IMG/VR virus record: IMGVR_UViG_3300011113_000747
Span: 32,001-96,000 of that record
Length of the DNA stretch: 64,000 nucleotides
DNA from: a virus
Strand: one strand, 5' to 3'
The position numbers and the translations under genes are program-made. Shown in pieces: positions 44,791 to 54,863 of the stretch (position 1 is its first letter; every line of letters starts with the position of its first letter). The notes under the pieces were generated by a model that made no database searches, was not told the DNA's origin, and worked only from the letters and a program-made list of their open reading frames with translations.

Positions 44791-45519
44791 ATGTCAAAAG
44801 TTGTACTAGCATTTAGTGGTGGAATGGACTCTTCAGTCTTGCTTCATATGGCAGCTGAAAAGTTTGATGAAGTGTATTGCTTATTCTTTGATTATGGTCA
44901 AAGACATAAGAAGGAACTTCAATGTGCAGAAAAGCAGCTGAAGAGTCTTAACGAAGGTGTTAAAATGTTGGTGATTGATACACCACTAAATGTTCTTGCT
45001 CCAACCTCATCTCTTACTAATCTGGATATCGATACCCCAGATGTAAGAGAGATGAGAGGTGAGGCTCAACCTAAGAGTTATGTACCATTTCGCAATATGC
45101 TGTTTATCTCATACCTTTTGTCATATGCAGAGGGAGTGGGTGCAGATGCTGTTTGGTATGGTGCAGCTCAAGTTGACTCATTAGCTGGCTATTGGGATGG
45201 AAGTCCAGAATTTTTAAAAGAGATCAATGATGTAGCTGCTTTGAACCGTGAACATCGTATTGTTGTTGAAGCACCGCTTCTTACAATGTCAAAAGCAGAT
45301 ATCATCTTAGAAGGTATTAGACTTGGAGTTAAGTTTAGTGATACTTGGACTTGTTATGCAGGTGAAGAAAAAGCAGATGCATATTCACCTTCCTCAAGTT
45401 TGAGATTACAAGGATTTGCTTCAGCTGGATATATCGATCCAATTCCTTACAAACAAGATTTAAGGAATGTTTGGAAGCAAAATAACTGTAAGAAGATTCC
45501 TTACGAAACTTATCTGTAA
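44791..45519 (+). CDS. queC: 7-cyano-7-deazaguanine synthase
   Basis: SGGMDSS, DYGQRH.KE, YVPFRN, SDTWTCY. The usual CxxC is replaced by YSPSSSLR. Confidence 0.88.
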   Translation: MSKVVLAFSGGMDSSVLLHMAAEKFDEVYCLFFDYGQRHKKELQCAEKQLKSLNEGVKMLVIDTPLNVLAPTSSLTNLDIDTPDVREMRGEAQPKSYVPFRNMLFISYLLSYAEGVGADAVWYGAAQVDSLAGYWDGSPEFLKEINDVAALNREHRIVVEAPLLTMSKADIILEGIRLGVKFSDTWTCYAGEEKADAYSPSSSLRLQGFASAGYIDPIPYKQDLRNVWKQNNCKKIPYETYL

Positions 45520-46550
45520 TACATCTCTTGCTGCATCATCTTCTGATGATATGTCTTAGCTTTGATGTCTTTGTTAGCCACATACTTAATTTTAGGTCTG
45601 TGGCTTTCCTTTACAATCTCTTCTTCATCTTCGAATGGATTTGCTAAACGTCTAGCAGAATCATCTTGAGCAATTGTACCCATTCCATAACCTTGAGTAT
45701 CAATACCAGATCTCATTGATTTAGTTTTAGGTTTTTCTGCTTTATCCTCAAATTCAAAATAACCTGGAGCGTGTACAATAACTTCAAATTCATCTACATC
45801 CAATCCAAGAGCTTTACCTAAAGATGCTTTGATAGATGCTTCGACTTTACCAGCACCTAGCTTGTTAACAATTTTAGTAATAGGTGTTTCTTCACCAAAC
45901 TCTAAGTCAACGCTATTTGAACTACCAACATCAACATCAAATTGTTGATTTTTGTTAGCAGCATTAAAGAACTTTTGGATCTTTTCAATATCTAGTGGTA
46001 TTTCTTGATCTGAAACAATTTCAATAATGGAAGACTTAGCGTCAATTGGTGATGTTGGTGAAATATCATCTGCTGCAGCTTTTTGCGCATCCTTTTTAGC
46101 TTGTTTTTCAGCTGCCATTTCTTCTGGTGTTTTAACTTTACCGAATTGCTCGAAATCCTGTTTTGTTTCAAAAGTTTTACCAATATTTTCACCCTTACCT
46201 CTTGATCTAACTTGCTGTTTACGTTGCAAGAATGAACTTAAGTTACCTTCCATATATTGCTTAAATTCGTCAGCAATTTCGTCTTTAATGACACCACTAT
46301 CGACGAGGTTCTTAATAAATTCACCAGCTTCAGCTGCATATCTTGAACCAGCAAATGCAGTACCTTCTGGTACCATTCCCTTTTCTTTCAAGAAATTGAT
46401 AATAAATTCAAAAACGATTGGTCTAGCAATACCGATCTTTTTATCTTCGATAGCTTTTTTAAGGTAACCTGTATTAAAAAGCTTATCAAAGCGACCTGCT
46501 CTAGCTTCTTCAAGGATTTCTAATTTATTAACAAGGGAATTGAAATTCAT
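45510..46550 (-). CDS. Hypothetical protein (putative virion protein)
   Basis: TAAATA at 46556-61; MNFNSLVNKLEILEE N-terminus. Confidence 0.65.
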   Translation of the reverse strand: MNFNSLVNKLEILEEARAGRFDKLFNTGYLKKAIEDKKIGIARPIVFEFIINFLKEKGMVPEGTAFAGSRYAAEAGEFIKNLVDSGVIKDEIADEFKQYMEGNLSSFLQRKQQVRSRGKGENIGKTFETKQDFEQFGKVKTPEEMAAEKQAKKDAQKAAADDISPTSPIDAKSSIIEIVSDQEIPLDIEKIQKFFNAANKNQQFDVDVGSSNSVDLEFGEETPITKIVNKLGAGKVEASIKASLGKALGLDVDEFEVIVHAPGYFEFEDKAEKPKTKSMRSGIDTQGYGMGTIAQDDSARRLANPFEDEEEIVKESHRPKIKYVANKDIKAKTYHQKMMQQEMYYR

Positions 46551-46598
46551 AGAATTATTTATTGTTTTTTATCTATTAACGTCTATATTTAATATATT

Positions 46599-47300
46599 AT
46601 GTGCGCGATATTTGGATCGACAGATCAATCAATGTTTGAAATATTATTTGAAGCTAATAAAGTAAGAGGTACTTTTGCTTCATCATTAGTAACACTAATG
46701 AAAAATCCAGTTGGTCAAGTTGATGATGTTACAATTCGTAAAGAGCAGGGATTATATTCGTTTGAAAAACTAAAACTCAAACCAAAAAATCATGCTTACT
46801 ATATGGGCCATGTACAGGCTCCTACATCGTCAGCTAGAAAATACAATTATGATACATCACATCCATTTGAGCAAGAAGATTGGCTTGTGTTTCATAATGG
46901 TGTGTTAACTAATCATGAAAGTTTAAATGCAGTTTATTGTAAATGGAATGAAAATCCTGTAGATACATCAGTTATTCCATGTATGCTTCAAGAAAAGTGG
47001 AATGAACTTAAAGAAGGTAAAGCTAAAGCTTCTTCTACTGATGAAGTCAAGATAATTGAAACAATCTGTGAACGACTTCAAGGAACATTTGCTCTCTGTA
47101 TTGTTAACACAACGACCCTTAACGTCTACTTAACTAGACAAGGTAGTACATTATTCTACGACGACAAAGGTAACTACTCTTCAATCAAAGGTAAAACGAT
47201 GGAAGAAGTACCAGAAGGTAAAATTCTCAAACTAACAAAAGATTTCACATTCAAAGCAGTAGGTAAATTCAAACCAAGTTCTCCATTTTTAATCATATGA
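46599..47300 (+). CDS. Class II glutamine amidotransferase (Ntn hydrolase)
   Basis: N-terminal MCAIFG, GHVQAPT, HPF, HNGVL, DTSVI, GTFA. Confidence 0.82.
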   Translation: MCAIFGSTDQSMFEILFEANKVRGTFASSLVTLMKNPVGQVDDVTIRKEQGLYSFEKLKLKPKNHAYYMGHVQAPTSSARKYNYDTSHPFEQEDWLVFHNGVLTNHESLNAVYCKWNENPVDTSVIPCMLQEKWNELKEGKAKASSTDEVKIIETICERLQGTFALCIVNTTTLNVYLTRQGSTLFYDDKGNYSSIKGKTMEEVPEGKILKLTKDFTFKAVGKFKPSSPFLII

Positions 47301-47950
47301 TCGCATTCGTATCAGCAACCAAAGGTGACCCAACCAAAACATTACTTTATAATAGCACAAAAGATATTCTAGAGGTAGCTTGGGCAGCAAACAATACAGA
47401 CCCACTCCCTGTCGTCTATAATGACGCTATTGCGGACTTTACAATTACAGATTATGACTGGGTTGTATTTGTTCATGACGATGTTATCATTGAATCACCA
47501 GAAGCTATTGAGAGACAAATTTATAATCTTGGTGTTGAATTTGATGTCATCGGTGTAGCAGGTACCAGAGAGGTAAAATTACAAGAACCAGCATTGTGGC
47601 ATCTTATGGGTGATAGAAAACATCACAGAGGAGCTGTAGCACACTTGTGTGAATCTACAGGTAAAAAGTTTATGACCAGTTTTGGTAGCTATCCTGATAG
47701 GGTTGTACTTATCGATGGTGTGTTTATGGCTGCTAAAACAGAAGTACTTCAAAAAGTTAGTTTTGATGAAACCAATCCTGCTGGGTTTCACTTTTATGAT
47801 CTAGACTTTTCTATGGCATGTCATAAGGCTGGTTACAGGGTTGGTGTGGGTGATATAACAATCACACACGCATCACCTGGATTACGACAATTCATAGATG
47901 AATGGAAGAAGGGGCAAGATTGGTTCCTTAATAAATGGGTAACAAAATAA
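47297..47950 (+). CDS. Glycosyltransferase family 2-like
   Basis: YNDAI, VFVHDDV, VIGVAG, IDGVF, FHFYDLD. Confidence 0.78.
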   Translation: MIAFVSATKGDPTKTLLYNSTKDILEVAWAANNTDPLPVVYNDAIADFTITDYDWVVFVHDDVIIESPEAIERQIYNLGVEFDVIGVAGTREVKLQEPALWHLMGDRKHHRGAVAHLCESTGKKFMTSFGSYPDRVVLIDGVFMAAKTEVLQKVSFDETNPAGFHFYDLDFSMACHKAGYRVGVGDITITHASPGLRQFIDEWKKGQDWFLNKWVTK

Positions 47951-47981
47951 AAAAAGGCGGCTTAATTAAGCCGCCTTTTTT
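47949..47981. terminator. Bidirectional terminator
   Basis: A tract-GGCGGCTTAA/TTAAGCCGCC-T tract between convergent genes. Confidence 0.88.
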
Positions 47982-47982
47982 G

Positions 47983-49242
47983 TTATGCTAATATCTGCTC
48001 TATTGGTTCAGCCTCGTAAACCACCTCAACTGGTCTTAAATCTGGAGTCATCAACTTTGTTCTTGGTGATATACCAATTAAATGGAACATTGTAGCAGCA
48101 AATTGCTGCGGTGTAACTGGATCTGAGTCAGGCTCTGAAGCTAATGCATCAGACGTACCATAAGCATAACCTGCTTTAACACCACCACCAGCTAAAACTG
48201 TTGAGAATACCTTTGGCCAATGGTCTCTTCCGTTTGTAGCATTAATTTTAGGTGTACGACCAAACTCAGATGTCACCATTACAAGGGTTGAATCAAGTAA
48301 TCCACGTTGTTTTAAGTCATTAATAAAGGTTGCAAAGGCTTTATCAAAGTTAATCATATTAGATTCATATGCACCTTTAAGATTTGAGTGGTGATCCCAT
48401 GAACCATACGTTACTGTAACCATTCTTACACCTGCTTCAACAAGACGACGAGCTAGAAGTAAACGTTGACCAGCAGCATTACGGCCATATGCATCGCGAA
48501 CCACATCAGGCTCTTTAGAAAGCTCAAAAGATTCACGAGCTTGTGTTGATGATAACATTGAATATGCATCATTATAGAAAGAATCCATTGCTTTTACTGC
48601 ATCTACGTTTGATTCACGTGTTTTGAAGTAATCATCCACCGCTCCAAGCAATGCACGGCGACGATCTAATTGTTTATCGGAAACATCCTTAGGTGTATTG
48701 AGGTCTTTCACAACAAATCCCGGATCTTCTGGATTAGAACCTAAAGCAAACGGTCCATACTTGGTAGACAAGTAACCGGTGCCGTTTTCAGGTGCAAACT
48801 GATTAGGAACTAACACATAAGCAGGTAGATTGTTACGATTTCCTAATTCATGGCTAATAACACTACCAAATGATGGGTAGTTTAATGCTGGAGATGGTTT
48901 ATAACCAGTGAGCATGTTATGTGTTCCTCTTTCATGAGCTGCTTCACCGTGAGTCATTGAACGAATTACTGTAAGATTGTCAGAGACCTTTGCTGTTTCC
49001 TTTAGAAGTTCACCAAAATGAACACCATCTATCTTTGTCTTAACAGGAGCAAATGGTCCTCTATATTCTGGTGAGCCATTTACCTTATAATCCCACGAAT
49101 CTTGATGTGAAATACCACCAGGTAAGTAGATTTGAACTACTGATGTAGCTTTTGCAGGTGTTTGTGCTTGAGCTTTTAATAATTGTGGTAAACTTACACA
49201 ACCAGCAGCACCAATTCTTAGAATTTCACGTCTGTTATACAT
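47983..49242 (-). CDS. DUF1501 family protein with Tat signal
   Basis: NRREIL signal; YLPGGISHQDSWD, ARRLVEAGV, WDHH, SEFGRTP.IN...GRDHWP. Confidence 0.9.
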   Translation of the reverse strand: MYNRREILRIGAAGCVSLPQLLKAQAQTPAKATSVVQIYLPGGISHQDSWDYKVNGSPEYRGPFAPVKTKIDGVHFGELLKETAKVSDNLTVIRSMTHGEAAHERGTHNMLTGYKPSPALNYPSFGSVISHELGNRNNLPAYVLVPNQFAPENGTGYLSTKYGPFALGSNPEDPGFVVKDLNTPKDVSDKQLDRRRALLGAVDDYFKTRESNVDAVKAMDSFYNDAYSMLSSTQARESFELSKEPDVVRDAYGRNAAGQRLLLARRLVEAGVRMVTVTYGSWDHHSNLKGAYESNMINFDKAFATFINDLKQRGLLDSTLVMVTSEFGRTPKINATNGRDHWPKVFSTVLAGGGVKAGYAYGTSDALASEPDSDPVTPQQFAATMFHLIGISPRTKLMTPDLRPVEVVYEAEPIEQILA

Positions 49243-49323
49243 ACTCTTATTTAATTATCTACTCAAAAAATTAAAAATCCACTTTTATCTTGATATTAGA
49301 ATGTAATAAACTATCATAAAGAG

Positions 49324-50643
49324 ATGTTAAAGCTCGATCTAGACTTCTTTGAGAATATTTTCTTATACAAATGCTGCACAGATAAAAGATATCTTGCAAC
49401 TACTATCGATTACACAAAGCCTGATTATTTCAAAAATGCAGATAACAAAAAAATATTTGAAATTATAAAAGGGTTCTATGATAATCGAAATGAATTACCC
49501 AACCTAACTGAGATTAAACAGTATTGTGCTGATGATGTAAGTAGATCTTCATTCAAAAATGTACTTACTACATTTCAATCATTAGATAAAACCTTTAATG
49601 AAGATGAGTTATATGAGAATACAGAGCAGTTTTTGAAAGAAAAGGCTGTATTCAATACTCTACTTGAGGTAGCAGCTGATGTTTCAAAGAGTAAAGCTGA
49701 TACATCTGTAATTCTAGATAAGTTTGAGAAGAGTTGCAATATATCATTGCAGACTGATGTTGGTTTAGACTTATATGAAGACATTGACAATGTTATTCAA
49801 CAGATTCAAGACGTTCAAGAGACGATTCCAAGTAAGTGGCCTTGGTTGGATGACTATATCGGTGGTGGGTTTATGAAAGATGGGCGTGCTTTGTATGTGT
49901 TTGCAGGTGAGACTAACATTGGTAAGTCAATTTTCCTTGGTAATATTGCAGCTAATATAGCAGATCAGAATAAGACTGTGTTGTTAATTACATTAGAAAT
50001 GCCTGAAATCTTATATGCAAAACGTATTTGTACTAATGTGAGTAAGATTCCAATGAAGACTCTTCATTTAGAGACAGGATCACTTAAAGCAGCTATTGAA
50101 GAGCTCAAGAAGAACAAGCCTGGTGGTAAGATTCTAATTAAAGAGTTTCCTCCAGCAACGATGACACCCAGACAAATTCAAGCTTTTATTAAAAAGATTG
50201 AAGATAAAGGTATTAAAATTGACGCAATTGTATTAGATTATTTGAATCTTTTGCATTCACCTCTTGGCAACAACAGTTACGAGCGAATTAAACATGTTAC
50301 TGAGCAGGTTCGTGCAATGTCATACATCTTTAACTGCCCGGTCATTAGTGCAACTCAGTTGAATCGTTCAGGTTTTGATGTATCTAACCCCGATCTTAAT
50401 ACAATTAGTGAGTCGATTGGTCTTGCAGCTACTGCAGATGTGATTGTTTCTATCTTCCAAAACGATGAAGATCGCGAACTAGAAATTATTAAGATGGGTA
50501 TGATGAAAAACCGTTTTGGAGCTCGTGGAACCACAACAGCGATGAAAATTGATTATTCAACTCTTACTATTTCTGAAGCAGATGGTCAGTCAGGTGGTAT
50601 GGAGAGTGAAATGTTAAGCTCTTTGAGTATGTTCGCGAGTTGA
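49324..50643 (+). CDS. gp41: Replicative DnaB-like helicase
   Basis: GETNIGKS, TLEM, LDYLN, SATQLNR, SESIG, KNRFG. Confidence 0.92.
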   Translation: MLKLDLDFFENIFLYKCCTDKRYLATTIDYTKPDYFKNADNKKIFEIIKGFYDNRNELPNLTEIKQYCADDVSRSSFKNVLTTFQSLDKTFNEDELYENTEQFLKEKAVFNTLLEVAADVSKSKADTSVILDKFEKSCNISLQTDVGLDLYEDIDNVIQQIQDVQETIPSKWPWLDDYIGGGFMKDGRALYVFAGETNIGKSIFLGNIAANIADQNKTVLLITLEMPEILYAKRICTNVSKIPMKTLHLETGSLKAAIEELKKNKPGGKILIKEFPPATMTPRQIQAFIKKIEDKGIKIDAIVLDYLNLLHSPLGNNSYERIKHVTEQVRAMSYIFNCPVISATQLNRSGFDVSNPDLNTISESIGLAATADVIVSIFQNDEDRELEIIKMGMMKNRFGARGTTTAMKIDYSTLTISEADGQSGGMESEMLSSLSMFAS

Positions 50644-50671
50644 TTATTTAGTTCATCCTCTAAATAATGAG

Positions 50672-50998
50672 GTGAACCAAAACTTTATAGAATATCTTAA
50701 AGAAAAATTCAAAACGACACAATTTTTTCAATTAAAACTTAATGGTAAATTATTTGTGAGCTTTTTTGATTTAGGTGTTACAACACCTGAGTTTATTAAA
50801 CTATGTCAGAAAAAGTTTAACTGTGATGTATTACTAATTGTAAATACAAAAAACAAAGAAGTTAATGTTTATAAAAACGAATTATCTGATATTGATATGT
50901 TATCGTTTAATAAAAAGGTATTTGGTAAAGGTATGGGTAATACATTTACATTTACAAAAGAGTTTTTAGGTTTAACCAAACATTTCAAGCCATGTTAA
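50672..50998 (+). CDS. Hypothetical protein
   Basis: 108 aa; weak resemblance to DHHA1-type C-termini. Confidence 0.55.
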   Translation: MNQNFIEYLKEKFKTTQFFQLKLNGKLFVSFFDLGVTTPEFIKLCQKKFNCDVLLIVNTKNKEVNVYKNELSDIDMLSFNKKVFGKGMGNTFTFTKEFLGLTKHFKPC

Positions 50999-51279
50999 TT
51001 GCAAATAAACACTACAACCCATCTCACTTTTTAGTAGAAGATGAAACAGAGCATGCATTGTTGTCTTTTTGTACCTTTTGCACTCTTTTGGTGGGTAAAA
51101 AACTATCTTTTCAGAATGTATTCTTGTTGATTCTGAAAGATGCTAAGCTAAAAAATATACTTAAACGAACTTTAGACGTTGATTCTGACTTTGAAATAGT
51201 TAAAATGTTTATAGATTACGATAATACAATTACTAAGTCAAAATATGTCACAAAATACATCAATTCTCTCAAAAAATGA
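50992..51279 (+). CDS. Hypothetical protein
   Basis: 95 aa ORF in the operon. Confidence 0.6.
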   Translation: MLIANKHYNPSHFLVEDETEHALLSFCTFCTLLVGKKLSFQNVFLLILKDAKLKNILKRTLDVDSDFEIVKMFIDYDNTITKSKYVTKYINSLKK

Positions 51280-51934
51280 TATTACAGAGGATGAAAAATT
51301 TATATACAATGCATTTTTAGTCGCGTCAAGAAAATCTAAAAATAAACCTTTCAAAATTCGTTCTGACTTTTCGGACATTTCAGATGAAATCTACATTAAC
51401 CTAAAAAAATTAGGTTCGTTTTTTGCAGCACATAAAAATATCGGTTACAACGACTTTTTTTGGGCTCCATATGAAGTATATTCTAAAGATGAATATTTTG
51501 ACCTTAATTTTTACAATACAAGAAAGGCTATTGTAGCATATACACAATTTGTACGTAAAAAAGAAACGCAAGACCCAGATAGTGAAAGTTGTATTAATGA
51601 ATGTAAAGATGGTCTTAAAAACATTTACAATGAGTGCTTAATAAACGGTATAAACCTTGCTCAATATAAAGCATCAGCTCCACCAGTACCAATTTTCTTA
51701 ATTAATCTTAAATCCCATCTTATTAATTTTTACATTCTACATGGTTTGGATGTAGAAAAACAAATTAAGAGCATCGAACCAGAACTATTAGATTTTTATT
51801 GTAAAGATTTTTACGATACATTTTATAAAACAAGAACCAAATTTATTGCATCACAAAGATTAAAAGTAGTAATAAGAGAAGGTTTAAAAATAATTGAAAA
51901 AAAGCTGTTGAATTTTCCAAAACACAATCCATAA
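51245..51934 (+). CDS. Hypothetical protein at the gp59 (helicase loader) position
   Basis: Immediately upstream of gp32, as gene 59 is in T4; no motif confirmed. Confidence 0.45.
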   Translation: MSQNTSILSKNDITEDEKFIYNAFLVASRKSKNKPFKIRSDFSDISDEIYINLKKLGSFFAAHKNIGYNDFFWAPYEVYSKDEYFDLNFYNTRKAIVAYTQFVRKKETQDPDSESCINECKDGLKNIYNECLINGINLAQYKASAPPVPIFLINLKSHLINFYILHGLDVEKQIKSIEPELLDFYCKDFYDTFYKTRTKFIASQRLKVVIREGLKIIEKKLLNFPKHNP

Positions 51935-51946
51935 TAAAAGTATACT

Positions 51947-52798
51947 ATGAGTAAATATAACCTAACGTCAATGTTCGATTCAATCAAAGAAGCTCTTACC
52001 TCTCAGGATAAAAAGCAGGGTGGTTTGCAGGATATTATGCAACTTAAAACTGGTAATACCTATACGGTTAGACTTCTTCCTAATACAAAGAATCCAAAGC
52101 AGTCTCTCTTTCATCATTTTACGCATGGTTGGAATTCTCTTGCTACTGGTAAGTATGTAAGTGCAATTTCACCTACAACATTCGGTGAACGTGATCCAAT
52201 TGCAGAAGAAAGGTACAAGGTTCTTCGAACTGGTACAGAAGAAGAAAAGGAAAAGATGAAAGTTATTCGTCGTGCTGAGCAGTGGCTTGTAAACGTCTAT
52301 GTTATCGATGATCCTTCTAATCCAGATAACAATGGTAAGGTAAAGATTCTTCGCTATGGTAAACAGCTTGGTAACATTATCAATAGTGCTATCAGTGGTG
52401 ATGAAGCTGAAGAGTTTGGTATGCGAGTTTTCGATCTTTCTAAAGAAGGTGTTAACTTCAAGATTAAGGTTGAGAAGCAGGGTGATTACCCAGTGTATAC
52501 TTCTTCGCGATTCACTTCTGTTGGTAGAGATCTCGGTTTGAGTGATTCGAAGCAAGATGAAATTCTTGAATCAACTCACGATCTTGAAAGTGTCTTCCGT
52601 GTCAAAACAGAAGATGAACTTAAGCAAATGCTTGATGAGCATTTTTATTGCAAGACTGCAGAAGATCGTGAAACTTCTACTTCATTACCTGAAGCAGATG
52701 AAGCAATTGCAGAACTTAGTAATAAAGTTAAACAACCTTCAGTTGTAGCATCTACTGTTGAGGATGCTGACATTGACGAGCTTCTTAAAGATCTATGA
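51947..52798 (+). CDS. gp32: Single-stranded DNA-binding protein
   Basis: TVRLLP, NVYVIDDP.NP.NNGKV, YGKQL, G.NFKIK, acidic tail DIDELLKDL. Confidence 0.88.
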   Translation: MSKYNLTSMFDSIKEALTSQDKKQGGLQDIMQLKTGNTYTVRLLPNTKNPKQSLFHHFTHGWNSLATGKYVSAISPTTFGERDPIAEERYKVLRTGTEEEKEKMKVIRRAEQWLVNVYVIDDPSNPDNNGKVKILRYGKQLGNIINSAISGDEAEEFGMRVFDLSKEGVNFKIKVEKQGDYPVYTSSRFTSVGRDLGLSDSKQDEILESTHDLESVFRVKTEDELKQMLDEHFYCKTAEDRETSTSLPEADEAIAELSNKVKQPSVVASTVEDADIDELLKDL

Positions 52799-53313
52799 GT
52801 CCAGAAGAAATTGAACAACAAAAAATGCTACTCAATTTAATGGGTAGCATTTATGGTGAAGCCAAAAAGATTGATCAAAATCTAGTTGGTACATCTCTTA
52901 ATTTGAGACCTCAAAGTGAGAACGTCAAGCAGTTGTTCGAGGGTGCGCTGAGATCTACTCAGCCACCCGCTCCACCACCACAACCGCAGATTGTGCATGT
53001 ACCACCACCTAATACTGTTAATTTACCGCATGTTGTACAACCAGCACAAGAATCTAAACCAATTCAATTAGTTGACAATTCAGATCTTGTATCTACATTA
53101 AAAGGTATTGAAAGCAATCTTGGTAAGTTGGTAGAATTATTCACACAATATGAAGTTAAAGTTAAAAAAGCAACAAATCGAAAAGTTTCTAGAGTCTCTG
53201 GCGAAGATAAACGACCAGTGCATAGTGAAAGTGGAGAAGGACAAGATATCGTCGATAGTAACATCGACGGACAACACGTTGATCCTTTACGCAACTCTAA
53301 ACCATACGAATGA
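52795..53313 (+). CDS. Hypothetical Pro/Gln-rich protein
   Basis: Coupled to gp32; the last 164 nt overlap the clamp gene. Confidence 0.55.
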   Translation: MSPEEIEQQKMLLNLMGSIYGEAKKIDQNLVGTSLNLRPQSENVKQLFEGALRSTQPPAPPPQPQIVHVPPPNTVNLPHVVQPAQESKPIQLVDNSDLVSTLKGIESNLGKLVELFTQYEVKVKKATNRKVSRVSGEDKRPVHSESGEGQDIVDSNIDGQHVDPLRNSKPYE

Positions 53314-53860
53314 ATCCGAAAGATCCTTGTGTATACCGGATTTAAAAAAGCTTAATCGTGTTTTAGACTGTATTAGTAGTGATGAAATTGAACTCCAAGT
53401 TAATCAAAATAACTTGGAGTATAAGTCTCCAGAGATAAAGTTTAAGTATCACCTATTTGAAGATGATTTTATTACACCTCCTTCAATTAAACCAGATAAA
53501 ATTATGTCTTTCGAGACTGATTTTACCTTTGAACTAATGAAAGATGACTTTAGTAAAATCAATAAAGCTTCAACATTTACAACTGAAACGAATAAGATTT
53601 ATTTTTATTTAGAAGATGGGGTTGTTAAGTGTGAACTTACAGATAAAGCTAGACATAATACAGATTCATTTCAATTACAGGTTGGTAAAAATATAGCAGG
53701 AGCTGAATTGAAGAATTTACCTGTTAATTTTGATAATTTCAAACTTATCAATTCAGATAACGTTAAAGTGTCTATTAATAACAGATACGGCGTACTTATA
53801 TTTGATATTGATCAGGAGCCGCTTAAATTAAGATATATTTTATCATCACTTACTCAATAA
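53150..53860 (+). CDS. gp45: Sliding clamp
   Basis: FLESLAKIN, CIPDLKKL..VL, IKYHL, final YILSSLT; 236 aa. Confidence 0.7.
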   Translation: MKLKLKKQQIEKFLESLAKINDQCIVKVEKDKISSIVTSTDNTLILYATLNHTNESERSLCIPDLKKLNRVLDCISSDEIELQVNQNNLEYKSPEIKFKYHLFEDDFITPPSIKPDKIMSFETDFTFELMKDDFSKINKASTFTTETNKIYFYLEDGVVKCELTDKARHNTDSFQLQVGKNIAGAELKNLPVNFDNFKLINSDNVKVSINNRYGVLIFDIDQEPLKLRYILSSLTQ

Positions 53861-53861
53861 T

Positions 53862-54215
53862 ATGGAATCCACATTAACATATCAAGACAAAAACAAACTC
53901 AAAACACCAGGATATTTTATCAAACGTCTCAAGGACAGTGGTATTATTACTCTCAGAGTGTTCCAAACATATGGAATGTCTGATCCTCGTAAGTGGACTA
54001 TTCTTGTAGACCCAGGTGTAGCATCAGTTTATGTTACATGCTATCAGAATAAAGAAAAGTTAAATGAAATTATGTTTGAAATTGATGATGGTGGTGTGAG
54101 ATTTCCTCGCAACTACTTTATTAAAACTCATTCTATTGAAGTTATTGTTGAATATCTTCTCGAAAAGGGTATTGCACAATATGATAAAAGCAACCCGTTC
54201 TACAAAAAGGACTAA
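53862..54215 (+). CDS. Hypothetical protein
   Basis: 117 aa ORF in the operon. Confidence 0.65.
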   Translation: MESTLTYQDKNKLKTPGYFIKRLKDSGIITLRVFQTYGMSDPRKWTILVDPGVASVYVTCYQNKEKLNEIMFEIDDGGVRFPRNYFIKTHSIEVIVEYLLEKGIAQYDKSNPFYKKD

Positions 54216-54217
54216 AT

Positions 54218-54586
54218 ATGTTTATGAGTGATGAACCTAAAAGGCGTAAAAAGAAAAAAACCACGCCACCAGCTCCAAAACAGGAAACTGAATGGGTACC
54301 ATCTGATAATGATGTAAGAGACTTAATTAATAGCATTCTTTCCAACAGAATAAAAGAAGTTAAGAAAATTAAAGACGTTGAGGATATTAATAATGCTCTC
54401 GTTTGCACAATAAGTGAGTTTCTTGATAGTTTTATGATATTAGGATACAATAGTGAAGGTATACCTATTGCTTTAACAAAAGCTAACACACCTCTTGATG
54501 CAGATGCGTTACATTCTCTTTTAGTTAAGTTCTTTTCAATTCAAATGGTTAAATTTAATGGTAAATATGGTGGGGAAGATTTTTAA
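54218..54586 (+). CDS. Hypothetical protein
   Basis: 122 aa ORF in the operon. Confidence 0.65.
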   Translation: MFMSDEPKRRKKKKTTPPAPKQETEWVPSDNDVRDLINSILSNRIKEVKKIKDVEDINNALVCTISEFLDSFMILGYNSEGIPIALTKANTPLDADALHSLLVKFFSIQMVKFNGKYGGEDF

Positions 54587-54851
54587 ACGTGAGCCAGAGC
54601 CTAAAGCAAAAATACCCTATGCAGTACAAAATGGTCACTATGTAGGTGAAATGTTTGTTTATATGGAGAAAGACGATAAAAACTTTTATTTTATCTCTAT
54701 ACCTAAAAATATTAACAGAGAAGTCCCTAAAGAGAAGTTTTTCTTCGGTATTGAAAACAAAATACTAGAAGAAGTTGAAAAACTACCCAATAACATTTAT
54801 AGTCTTTTAAAATCGCAATATTTCTACAACAAAAAGAGAAATACTAAATAA
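54558..54851 (+). CDS. Hypothetical protein
   Basis: 97 aa ORF in the operon. Confidence 0.55.
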   Translation: MVNMVGKIFKREPEPKAKIPYAVQNGHYVGEMFVYMEKDDKNFYFISIPKNINREVPKEKFFFGIENKILEEVEKLPNNIYSLLKSQYFYNKKRNTK

Positions 54852-54863
54852 TAAAAGACTATT

